Of a stretch of 64,000 nt of DNA, positions 39,160-49,989 are shown one piece after another; position 1 is the first letter of the stretch; every line of letters begins with the position of its first letter. A program made the position numbers and the translations under genes. The DNA comes from Mobula birostris. Taxonomy: Eukaryota. The notes under the pieces are model-generated. The model was not told where the DNA came from, ran no database searches, and worked only from the letters and a program-made list of their open reading frames with translations. The stretch spans positions 96,499,064-96,563,063 of the forward strand of contig NC_092371.1 of assembly GCF_030028105.1 (NCBI RefSeq). The letters are read 5' to 3'.

Positions 39160-40045
39160 CAAGGATGTGCTCAGTCCACTGCTCTACTCTCTCTCTACAC
39201 CCATAACTGTGCTGCTAGGCACAGCTCAAATGCCATCTATAAATTTGCTGGCAACACAACTGTTATTAACAGAATTACAGATGGCAACGAGGCAACGTAC
39301 AGGGACAAGATGGATCAGCTGGTCAAGTGGTGTTGCAGCAACAATCTTCATCAGTAAGACCACGAAATTGATTGAGAGCTTCAGGAAGGGAAAGTTGAGG
39401 GAACACGCACCAGTCCTCATCGAGGGATCAGAAGTGGAATGGGTGACCTGTTTCAAGTTCCTGGGTGTTAGCTTCTCTGAGGGTATATCATGGAGCTAAC
39501 ATATTGATGTAATCACTAAGGCACAAAAGTGACTATATTTCATTCAGAACTGAAGAGAATTTGAATATTACCAAAGCACTCACAGATTTCTGCATATGTA
39601 CCACGGAGAGCATTCCCTCTGGTTGCATCTCCAGCTGGGATGGAGGGGCTGCTGCACAGAATCAGAAAAAGCTGCAGGAAGTCGTAAACTTAGCTAGATC
39701 CATCACGGGCACTTGTCTCCCCAGCATCTCAGACACTTTCAAAAGGTGATGCCTTATTAAGGCAGCATCCATCATTAAGGTCACTCATCGCACAGGACAT
39801 GGCCTCTTCTCATCAAGAAGATACAGGAGCCTGAGGTCACACACTCAGTCTCAAGAACAGCTTCTTCCCCTCTGCCAACAGATTTCTGGATGGACAATGA
39901 ACTTAGTAACACTTCCTCACTATTTTCCCCTCTTTTTTTGCACTATTTTTAATTTGTTTTTTATATATACTTACAGTAATTTAGTTTTTATTACTATATA
40001 TTGCAATATACTGATGGAAAAGAACACATTTCATGACATATGCCA
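39160..40045 (+). mobile_element. Rex1/Babar LINE RT/3' fragment
   Basis: VLSPLLYSL...EHAPVLIEGSEVEWVTCFKFLGV...ESIPSGCISSW. Confidence 0.8.
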
Positions 40046-40339
40046 TTGATATTAAACCTGACTAATTCACTAAAAAATTACTGGACAAATTAAACCAAAC
40101 AAGATAATTGATGATAAAACAATGAATTGCAGCAAAAAAATGGGGAAAAAATCAAAACAGCTTTTCTTTGGTGCAAAATGTTTAATACAGGGGCTCACAT
40201 AGTACTTACTATCTGTGCTCTTGTAAGTAAAATACTCTCATTACAGCTATGGTCTGTAAGTGGCCAAGAATTGAATTTTATTCATGTTTTTGATGATAGG
40301 ACAACATTTCATTGAGTGTTTCATCCAACCACCTAAGTT

Positions 40340-42200
40340 ACCATAACTAGAGAGAAGGTTCTGAAGGTAGTTAAGTCACCTGGACCAGACAGTGCACACA
40401 CCAGAGTTCTGAAAGAAATGACTGAAGATATCATAGAAGCATTAGTTATGTTCTTTCAAGGATTTCTAGATTCTAGAATGGTTCCAGATGTCACAGTGGG
40501 GTGCTGGGAATGGACCCAAATGCAAGACACAGACACTGAAGTACAAGGAACAGGACTTGACTAGAGTAGGGATGTGACAGGATTCAGGCAAGGAGCAGGG
40601 ACAAGAATGCAGACTTGGGCTAGGGAAAGCAGGACTAGGACTAGGAATAGGAATAGGACCCATGAACTAGGAGACAAGGCTTGGACTCCAAGCCTGAGAC
40701 TGGACAAGGACCCAGAACCTGGGTCTTGCCTCGGGCTCCAGAACCAAGCAAGGACATGACAGGTCTTGGAGTTCGGGTTCTTGGAGCTCAGCTGTGGGAT
40801 CCTCGAGGCTTGGGTTCTTGGAGCTCAGAGACAGACTAGGAACTAAACAACATAGAGCAGGGACTTATCCTTCAACAAGCCAGGACTCATCTTTAACACT
40901 ATACTAGCATGAGCCAGGACTTATCCTAAGACAAGCTGGGACTCAACTTCTCCACACCAAGGTGGGACATGTCTATCTGTTGGGTAATGGCAGGACAGCC
41001 AGACTTACCCAACAGAGGCAAAGACAAGACATGAACTACCACAGGGCAACAGCAATCCAGCCTGACTTACCCCACAGAGGCAAGGACAAGACATGACAAG
41101 ACAGATTCCACCTGGCCCCCCTCCCCCACACAGGGCAATGGCAAAACAGCCTGACTTCCTCCACAGAGGCAAGGACAAGAAGATACAAACACCAAAGAAC
41201 ACCAGACTGATCCATCTCTGCTTCAGGGTTGCTCTGGGTCACAGTTACAGCCAACAACCTCAGCTGGCTACAGAAACAGCCAGATCCCCATCTAGCTCAG
41301 AGTGGCTAACAGCCACTCAACTGGCCCAGGAAACAGCCAAATCCATACCACAAAGACCACTCCAACAAGTGGCAACAAGGCACCACAGCACCACAAAGCA
41401 GTGGTCCTCCAACCAGGCCTAGAGATTACAAATGGCTTCACTAGTCTTCCATCAACCAGTTGCTCCAAAGGGGACTGACAAGACAAACTAGCAGGCATAC
41501 ACTCAATCCCAAAGCTACTTATATTGCCAGCCCAAAGATGGGAATTCAAACAAGGGACAGCTGGAAGACCCGGAGTCCTGACTCCATGAACTGGACCGTG
41601 AACTGGAATGCGGAATTCACGGACCGGACTATGACACCAGAAGACTGGAAAATAGCAAGTGTTACTCCATTCTTCAAGGAGGGAGAGAGGCAGAAGAAAG
41701 GAAACTATAGGCCAGTTAGTCTGACCTCAGAGGTTGAGAAGATGTTGGAGTTGATTATTAAGGATGAGATCTCAGGGTACTTGGAGGCACATGATAAAAC
41801 AGGCCATGGTCAGCATGGTTTCCTCAAGGGAATATCTTGACTGACAAATCTATTAGAATTTTTTGAAGAAATAACCAGCAGGATAGACAAGGGAGAATCA
41901 TTTGTTGTTGTGTATTTGGATTTTCAGTAGGCCTTTGACAAGCTATTAGCCAACTGTATTTCAGGAAAGATTCTAGCAGTGGCTGATGGAATTCTTTGCC
42001 ACAGGCCACTGTGGAGCCCAAGTCTTTATGTATATTTAAGGCAGGGGTTGATAGATTTTTGATTGGTCAGGGCATGAAGGAATAGGGGGAAAAGGGCAGG
42101 AGATTGGGGCTGAGAAGAAAATTGTATCAGTCATGATGAAATGGCGGAGCCGACTTGATGGGTCCAAATGGCCTAATTCTGCTCCTACATCTTACGGTTT
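40340..42200 (+). mobile_element. CR1 LINE fragment split by an LTR-like insertion
   Basis: KSPGPD..HTRVLKE...GMVP|EDWKIASVTPFFKEGERQKKGNYRPVSLTS...QHGFLKG is continuous across the insertion; CR1 3' tail near 42100-42200. Confidence 0.85.
40489..41636. mobile_element. Solo LTR-like element (1148 bp) with 5-bp TSD
   Basis: Termini TGTCA...TGACA; TSD CCAGA at 40484-40488 and 41637-41641; internal tandem subrepeats (GACTTACCCCACAGAGGCAAGGACAAGAC). Confidence 0.85.
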
Positions 42201-42585
42201 ACTTTACTTTAGTTACTTTACTTTATTGTTGCCAAACAATTGATACTAGAGCGTACAATCGTCACAGTGATATTCGATTCTGCGCTTCTCGCTCCATGGA
42301 GCACAAATCAATAGTAAATAGTAAAAGTTTAAATTATAAATCATAAATAGAAAATAGAAAAGGGAAAGTAAGGTAGTGCAATACAACCAAGAGGCAGGTC
42401 CGGATATTTGGAGGGTACGGCCCAGATCCGGTTCAGGATCTGTTCAGCAGTCTTATCACAGTTGGAAAGAAGCCGTTCCCAAATCTGTCCGTACGAGTCT
42501 TCAAGCTCCTGAACCTTCTCTCGGAGGGAAGAGGGATGAAAAATGTGTTGGCTGGGTGGGTCGTGACCTTGATTATCCTGGCAGA
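42200..42585 (-). mobile_element. Rex1/Babar LINE 3' end (same family as 604-1329)
   Basis: Close match to ~605-965, including the (TAAAG)n-type tail. Confidence 0.85.
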
Positions 42586-43334
42586 AGATTTGATGCACAC
42601 TTGGTTATTTCAGTTCAGTCAGTCAAGAAAATTTTGCTTTGTTGTCTGTCTCTGAAACTGCGCTCATTAACCCGTCAATCAGATGATACTGTTAAAACTG
42701 GGATCATCTCAGCAATCTTTTGAATATTCCACTGGTCTAATCCATCTTTCTCTCATTCTCTTTGCTGTAAATGCGGTCCAGTCCATCCTGCAAACCAGCC
42801 TCGCCTCTATTTACTCTATCTACGCTTCTCGTAACCTTGGGTAAGCAGCCAGTTTAGACTGGGATCCCTCCCATCCCATCATTCTCCCTCCCGTGAGGCA
42901 CAAGACACAAAAGCTTGGGAACACACACCACCAGGCTCAAGAACAACTCCTATCCTATTATCTCCTGAATTAACTTCTTATATCCTTAGTCATGAACTTC
43001 GGACTTTATTTGCCTACCTGCTTTGCACTTTCTCTGTAACTGTAACACTATATTCCACATTATGTTTTATTCTCTTTTTATACTACCTTGATGTACTCAA
43101 GTATGGAGTGATCTGTCTGGAAGGCATGCAAACAAATGTTTTTCACTGCATCTTGGTAAATGTGACAATAATCAATCAATTATCATTAATTGAAATTACT
43201 TACAATTGATCTTGTGCCCGACGTATTAACTTTATTTCTCTTTCCTGCATAACCTGCAGAGCATTTTCTACACCCTTTTTTAGGCAAAACTATTATTATA
43301 TCTCCTTAGCAATAAGTCCTAGAGCCAAGCATAT

Positions 43335-43712
43335 AACTATATAACAATTACAGCACAGAAACAGGCCATTTTGGCCCTTCTAGTCCGTGCTGAACTCTTA
43401 CCCTATCCTTGTCCCACCGACCTGCACTCAGCCCATAACCCTCCATTCCTTTCCTGTCCATATATCTATCCAATTTAACTTTAAACGACAACATCGAACC
43501 AGCCTCAACCACCTCTGCTGGAAGCTCGTTCCACACAGCTACCATTCTCTGAGTAAAGAAGTTCCCCCTCATGTGACCTCAACTCTTGTTTGAATCTCCC
43601 CCACTCTCAATGGAAAAAGCCGATCCACATCAACTCTGTCTATCCCCCTCATAATTTTAAATACCTCTATCCAGTCCTCCCTCAACCTTCTAAATTCCAA
43701 AGAATAAAGACC
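43335..43712 (-). mobile_element. CR1 LINE 3' end, relatively young
   Basis: ORF 43348-43572 MRGNFFTQRMVAVWNELPAEVVEAGS...FKVKLDRYMDRKGMEGYG plus tail. Confidence 0.85.
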
Positions 43713-44159
43713 TGTATTATTTATAAAGAATAACCAGGTTAAGTACTAGGTCAAGTAAGCGGGGATCTTCAATTACTTTCAAAAACAACCCTCTCCACAA
43801 TGAAATTAAAATATGGTTTGCCTGCTGGTGACTGTACCATGTCTAGATCTATCTGCATCTCATTCAAACCAGATATTACTGCATGCCTGCTTGGTTTACA
43901 GCACACATTTAAAAGATCTGACCTGAGTCTGATTGACATGGAAAGTAACAGAACACCGCACTTTCTTAAACTTAGTCCATGTAGGGACTATGACAGAGAT
44001 GAGTGCTGGAGCTACACATTCAGCAGCATTCTCAATAATATCTTACATAGCTTCCTGATGATGGTTTATGTGGTCTTTTGCCAGATTGGATAGCACCTAC
44101 TTTTTGTGAATAGTTCAAATTAAATTTATTATCAAAGGACATACTGTATATGTCACCAT

Positions 44160-45936
44160 TGTTAAGTACCCCTAGGGGTCATATTTTTTATGAACTATAC
44201 CTTTAAAAAGAGAGAGAGAGTTGTTCAACACCAGACACATTGTTATTAAGAGAGAGAGAGGCAAAGACTGCTTTGAGATGGTGTTATGAACCCCTAAGGT
44301 TCATATTTTCTGTGGACTGTCACGAGAAAGAACTGAGACTAACTTCTGATTTCTGCTGAGTTCGGAGAGAGAGGGCACCGAACAGTTCGTGGGTCACCAT
44401 GGTGACCAAGGGCAGCGTTATTTGATGGATAATCGATGTTATGGTTTCTCTGCAGCGTATTTACTTTTTACAAGGACAGTTACAGATGCAAAGAAACACA
44501 TGCTCAGAGTCAAGATGGATTCGTCAATGAAAGACACCAGTGAGTGAGGTCCTGGTTTAAACTTTCAGTAGCCCGAAAAGGGGTGAGTTGAGATTGATCC
44601 TGAGTGTTGTTAAATGACTCTTACAAGTTTTTTGCAACTGGGACGAGTTTGCAGGAAGAGAGAAGGGAGGAGCTACTTGATGGACAGCTAGTATTCAGCA
44701 CGGTGAGATAAATAGAAGGTCAGATGATAAATGGACAGACACATGGTTTTGGACACTGGATGAGCTTTGTTGTGCCCGCAGAAAGGTGGGTTTTTGGAGG
44801 ATCAGTCAGCAGAATCAATCAGTGGCTCTCGCAGTGTGGAGAAGGTGTGACCAGTGGGGAGTTATTCGTGTGTACAACCCTCGCCTGGGTTGATAATTCC
44901 ACCACAGAAGAACGATCCCTTTTGTTGTGGTCACATTTGATGACTTTAAAGGAAGAGAAGAGAGGAGAGAAGGTTTGAAACAGAAGAAACCTAGTGACAA
45001 AGAGGTCACTATTTGGACTCTCTCTCTAAGTAGCCCGTAAGGGTGAGTTTGATTCCATTCGAATATGAGGGTGTGGTTGTCACATAGTTAATCCACAGGA
45101 GTCGCTTCTCTGGTGAGGGGAGTACCTTGAAATACCACTTGTGTGTTACCATTGTTTGGGTATGGTAGTTCACTGAGAAAGGCACCCCTGTGGCAAATCA
45201 CTGTTGGAGTTATTTCGTATGTCGTGGAACTGAATAAGTGGCTATCACATTGTGTGTCTGGGATAACCTTGTGTGGAAACTACCTGTGTATGATAATCCT
45301 TGCCTGGGTTGGTAGTTTTACCACTTGAAGACGGTCCCCTTAGTGATAGACTATTGTTGGTAATAATCCCTACGTGGGTTCTGTTGGAGTATCCTGTGGC
45401 CACCACTTTGGGATGACCCGTAGCTGAATTTGGGTGTGGTACCACTTGTGTTGAAAGGATATTCATTGAAGATCACTGTCGGTGATACTCTGTGTGTGGA
45501 GTGAAACAACTTCGGAGATAAAACCTACCATTATTGTTATTCTGTATTGCTTTCATGGAATCTGTGGAATATTGACATAATTGCCTTCTCACAACATTCG
45601 CCTTTGGATTACAAACATCTTGCACTAATTAACTGGAAGAATTAAATATCTCTCTCTCTCCATCACTATTCAACTCAATACCATGAACTGAGCTGAACTT
45701 TACTCATCTTTGACAATCTATTTACCCCTAGACTTGAAGAAGCTTGGTTTTCATATATATACACTTATATATACATATATATATATATATATTCATTGCT
45801 AACCTGTTTCATATGTATGCATTTATATTACTGTATTGTATAGTTACTAATAAATACCATTAGTTAGTAGCAATCCTGGACTCCAAAGTGTTTTCTATTT
45901 CTGCTGATTCTTTAACCCGTCACGGGGTACGTGACA
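44160..45936. mobile_element. Solo LTR-like element (~1.78 kb, Gypsy-like termini) with 4-bp TSD
   Basis: TGTTAAGTACCCC...GGGGTACGTGACA (imperfect 13-bp terminal inverted repeat); TSD CCAT at 44156-44159 and 45937-45940; inserted in a LINE tail (ATGTCACCAT|ATACTACCTTGAGA). Confidence 0.8.
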
Positions 45937-46169
45937 CCATATACTACCTTGAGAATAAGACATACTTGGTCAGTTTTACATATTGTCAGGTGTATGCCCG
46001 TGTTGTTATTGTATGAGAGCAGCTTGGCTGGCTTTGTGGAAGCTTTTGAAGAGCATCTTCATATCTAGTGCAGTGGTAAGATGAAACGGTATTAGTGATT
46101 TGCCTGTTGCAGTAGATATAAAATGATTGAATATGTTGAGAATTTGTTTCAAGCTCTGGTTAAACAGTT

Positions 46170-46495
46170 AGGCTTACCTGAGAGGATTTATTGGAGGGCA
46201 AGACTTCAGGATTGAAGGACGCCCATTTAGAACAGGCATGCAGAGAAATTACTTTAGTCAGAGGGCGGTAAATCTGTGGAATTTGTTGCCACGAGTGGCT
46301 GTGGAGGCCAAGTCATTGAGTGTTTTTAAGGCAGAGATAGATAGGTTCATGATTAGCTAGGGCACCGAAAGGTATGGGGAAAAGTCAGGGGAGTGAGGAT
46401 GACTGGAAGAATTGGATCAGCCCATGATTGAATGGCAGAGCAGACTCGATGGGCTGAATGGCCTACTTCTGCTTCTATATCTTATGGTCTTATGA
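46170..46495 (+). mobile_element. CR1 LINE 3' end
   Basis: RNYFSQRAVNLWNLLP..AVEAKSLSVFKAEIDRF plus tail CTTATGGTCTTATG. Confidence 0.8.
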
Positions 46496-46561
46496 TTTCC
46501 AGTAAATTGGATGTCAGGGGTCTTGCCTTATATGGAGTCATTATTCACGCAGGAGAGATAA

Positions 46562-46656
46562 CAGTATAATAATAGTAAGGCATTTTCAAGGTATTTTCAG
46601 TATAATAATAAGGCATTTTCAAGGTATTTTCAGTATAATAGTAAGGCATTTCCAAG
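46562..46656. repeat. 33-bp minisatellite, about 2.8 copies
   Basis: Unit CAGTATAATA(A/G)TAAGGCATTTTCAAGGTATTTT. Confidence 0.85.
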
Positions 46657-47999
46657 GAACATTGGGAGCTTCTCTGTGGGCTGGTGTTTGATGACCTTGA
46701 CACCCTGTCGAGTCTTGTTGAAGTTTTGAGGCTCCCCAGGGGCCAAAGACTGAGAATACACAAGCAGTGTTGCTAATTGTTAATAGCTGAGAAGTATCAT
46801 GATGATAAGCATGCAACTTCAAGCTTGATTTATTCGTGGATAATCAAAGAAGTCTGAATTATATTCTTTTAGATTGAATTAGATTAAATTTGTAGCTGTA
46901 ATTAAAAGTTGATTACAACTACAGATTTGTAGGTAAGACTTAAACAAAATTACTTGAGTGACTAATTCCTTTGTTCTTTTTGTTATGGGACAAATAAAAT
47001 TATTTGTATAGCATCTTTAGTTACCGACTTGGCCACTTCAGAAGTATCAAAAGGAACCTGAGCTCTGTTTTGGGACAAGTGCAAAGAATTTGGTTGATCC
47101 TTTAGCTTTCGCCGGTTCTTCATATTATGTGCAGTGAATTATATTGGCCAGACAACGTCATCTTTGGTGGTGCAGATCCCAGGAGGCAGCTGAAATTGAT
47201 CATCCACAGGCTGAAGATGATTGCTAATTTATGACTTTTCTTTAATAATCCTGTTCTGGCCCCACCATTTGGGACTCCAGCATGTGATGGGATGGTCTTA
47301 AGAGCTCCACCCTACCCCCACCTTCCTGTCAGTCCATTTAACTGTCTATTGCACAGATTTCATAGGACATGCTGTTATCTCCCCCCTCACCTGGCTTCAC
47401 CTATCACCTTTTCAATTGTACTCCTTCCCTTCTTAACCTGGCCTCTGCCCCCTTCCTTTCCAGTCCTGATTAAGAGTCTCAGCCCAAACTGTTGACTCTT
47501 TATTCCTCTTCATAGATGCTGCCTGACCTGCTGAGTTCCTATGTGTGTTGTTCTGGATTTCTCATACCTGCAGAATTTCCTGTCTTTGTGATACCGTTCA
47601 CAGAACCAAGTGGACCTAAAGATTAAAACGCAAACAACAGGAATTCTGCAGATGCTGGAAATTCAAGCAACACACATCAAAGTTGCTGGTGAACGCAGCA
47701 GGCCAAGCAGCATAGCAATACAAGACCATATTTATGCTACACAGACAAAGCAGTGTAGTATAGACAGAGCTGAGCAATCCTCGGCTGAAACATGGTGCTC
47801 TTCCGTGCAAGGAAGTGCCAATTTGCAGCATGCGACAAGGAGTTGAGGGGGCTCACTGAAGCTTGGTGCAGCTACTGCAAACGTCTTGTGAGGGAAAAAA
47901 AATACTGGCCACTATTTATATTTTATGAATAACATATAATTTTGGAGGGCAAAATCCTAAAACAAACAGGCCAGGTCAAAGCTTCTATAGTTTAAGTCT

Positions 48000-48720
48000 C
48001 ACACATAAAAGTTGCTGGTGAACGCAGCAGGCCAGGCAGCATCTCTAGGAAGCGGTGCAGTCGACGTTTCAGGCCAAGACCCTTCGTCAGGACTAACTGA
48101 AGGAAGAGTGAGTAAGGGATTTGAAAGTTGGAGGGGGAGGGGGAGGGGGAGGGGGAGATCCAAAATGATAGGAGAAGACAGGAGGGGAAGGGATGGAGCC
48201 AAGAGCCGGACAGGTGATTGGCAAAAGGGATACGAGGGGATCATGGGACAGGAGGTCCGGGAAGAAAGACAAGTTGGGGGGGGGCCCCAGAGGATGGGCA
48301 AGGGGTATATTCAGAGGGACAGAGGGAGAAAAAGGAGAGTGAGAGAAAGAATGTGTGTATAAAAATAAATAACAGATGGGGTACGAGGGGGAGGTGGGGC
48401 ATTAGCGGAAGTTAGAGAAGTCGATGTTCATGCCATCAGGTTGGAGGCTACCCAGACGGAATATAAGGTGTTGTTCCTCCAACCTGAGTGTGGCTTCATC
48501 TTTACAGTAGAGGAGGCCGTGGATAGACATGTCAGAATGGGAATGGGATGTGGAATTAAAATGTGTGGCCACTGGGAGATCCTGCTTTCTCTGGCGGACA
48601 GAGCATAGATGTTCAGCAAAGCGGTCTCCCAGTCTGCGTCGGGTCTCGCCAATATATAAAAGGCCACATCGGGAGCACCGGACGCAGTATATCACCCCAG
48701 CTGACTCACCCCAGCCGATC
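48000..48720 (-). mobile_element. 5'-truncated Penelope-like element (GIY-YIG endonuclease plus pLTR) with 11-bp TSD
   Basis: Open frame AGVIYCVRCSRCGLLYIGETRRRLGDRFAEH...VATHFNS...RLEEQHLIFRLGSLQPDGMNIDFSNFR; TSD AGTTTAAGTCT at 47989-47999 and 48721-48731. Confidence 0.92.
48059..48094 (-). ncRNA. Minimal type I hammerhead ribozyme motif in Penelope pLTR (intact core)
   Basis: AGUC CUGACGA AGG-GUCUUGG-CCU GAAA CG UC GACU: stem I AGUC/GACU, CUGANGA and GAAA cores, stem II AGG/CCU, palindromic ACGU helix III, GUC cleavage triplet. Confidence 0.8.
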
Positions 48721-48879
48721 AGTTTAAGTCTGATCGATTTCTCCACAAATTGCTTTCAGGGTTTTTTTTTTAAAAAAAGCTCCTTTGTGCAAGCAAAAGA
48801 ATAACTCAAATTTTCGACAACTTCTGCTTCCCCGAGAATTGAATTCCACCGGCACTCAAGATTAAAATTTTTTTTGCGA

Positions 48880-49159
48880 GACGTCAAATTACATCCAATC
48901 AGATCGTTGTTTTTTCAGCATTTCACCCAATAAGAGATTGCCCAATCAGAGGATAGAGTGTGTATTCTATGTCCAATCAGCCTGAGGACTTCCCGTCCAA
49001 ATAACCAATCAATCCAATAGGTTGCCTTTACAGACGTCTGCGCTTACATCCAATCAGCTCTGTGTTAGTTTGTTCTTTAGGCGCCAATTTTGAGTCTGAG
49101 GGTTCACGGAGGAGTGTTATTGTGTTGAATACGTGGTTGGAAGTTATCGGTAGCGAACT
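48880..49159 (+). promoter_or_regulatory. CDC45 promoter: CCAAT (NF-Y) array and E2F-like site
   Basis: CCAAT at 48895, 48927, 48942, 48973, 49005, 49014, 49050 and 49084; TTTAGGCGCCAA at 49076-49087 (TTGGCGCC on minus); TTCCCG at ~48990; no TATA box; CpG-rich. Confidence 0.8.
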
Positions 49160-49210
49160 ATGTTCGTGTCGGATATACGGAAAGAATTCTATGATGTGCT
49201 GTTAAACCAG
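49160..49210 (+). CDS. CDC45: CDC45 exon 1
   Basis: MFVSDIRKEFYDVLLNQ|GTAAGG matches the CDC45 N-terminus (MFVSDFRKEFYEVVQSQ in human). Confidence 0.95.
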
Positions 49211-49989
49211 GTAAGGAACCAGGACTCGGGCTACACGGCAGAGCAGCTGAAGTGCAGGCCCGATATTTGTGAAGCCGGCTTAGTCATTCTTTGCAGCCTG
49301 AAACAGCTGAGGTTTCATCATCGGTTCTGTACAGCTTCCTAATGACTGGGACATGGTGGAGTTTGCTGAGTATTTCTAGCGACGAGATGTCGCCCTTGAC
49401 AATGTGCTATAAATAATAAGCATCAGTTTAAAAACTAGGAGAAATATGTGAGGAACTTTATCATTGACGGTCATTTTATATTTAAAAAATCAACAGATAA
49501 AAACTTTGCCTTATCTTTGTAAATATCCCTGCCAAGATGCTAATGAGTGATAATGACGTTGAATGTATAGGTAAGTAACGAATTTTTTTTCTTTGGAAAC
49601 GATTATTGCCAATACCGTGACTTGTCGAGATTACATGTCATTTTTTGGTTTGATTGTGGTGGTTAATTTGGTAATCAAAGGGAATTTCTGGTGATCTTAT
49701 TTACCACAGTGTTGGTGAAGGTGCTGGCTGGCTAGGTATCTTTAGTTGTATGTCAATGGTGTTTTGGCCCCTAGTTGAACTGGTGTATTTGATTACCCCG
49801 CTCTTCATGTTGGTCTAGTTGAAGTAACCAGCAATGATGAAGAGGGCCTCAAGCAATCCTGTTTTAAGGCTATTGACCACAGATTATAGTTCATTGATTG
49901 TAGGCTTCATGTTTCTCTGGGATGGGATGTAGACTGCTGTCAGGATAGCTGGTGACACTTGGCCATTAGATATTCTAAACTGGGTGAGC

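Noticed and set aside
46545-46763. ORF with repeating MPYYYTENTLK peptide
   Set aside because: It is simply the translation of a 33-bp minisatellite, with no splice or homology support.
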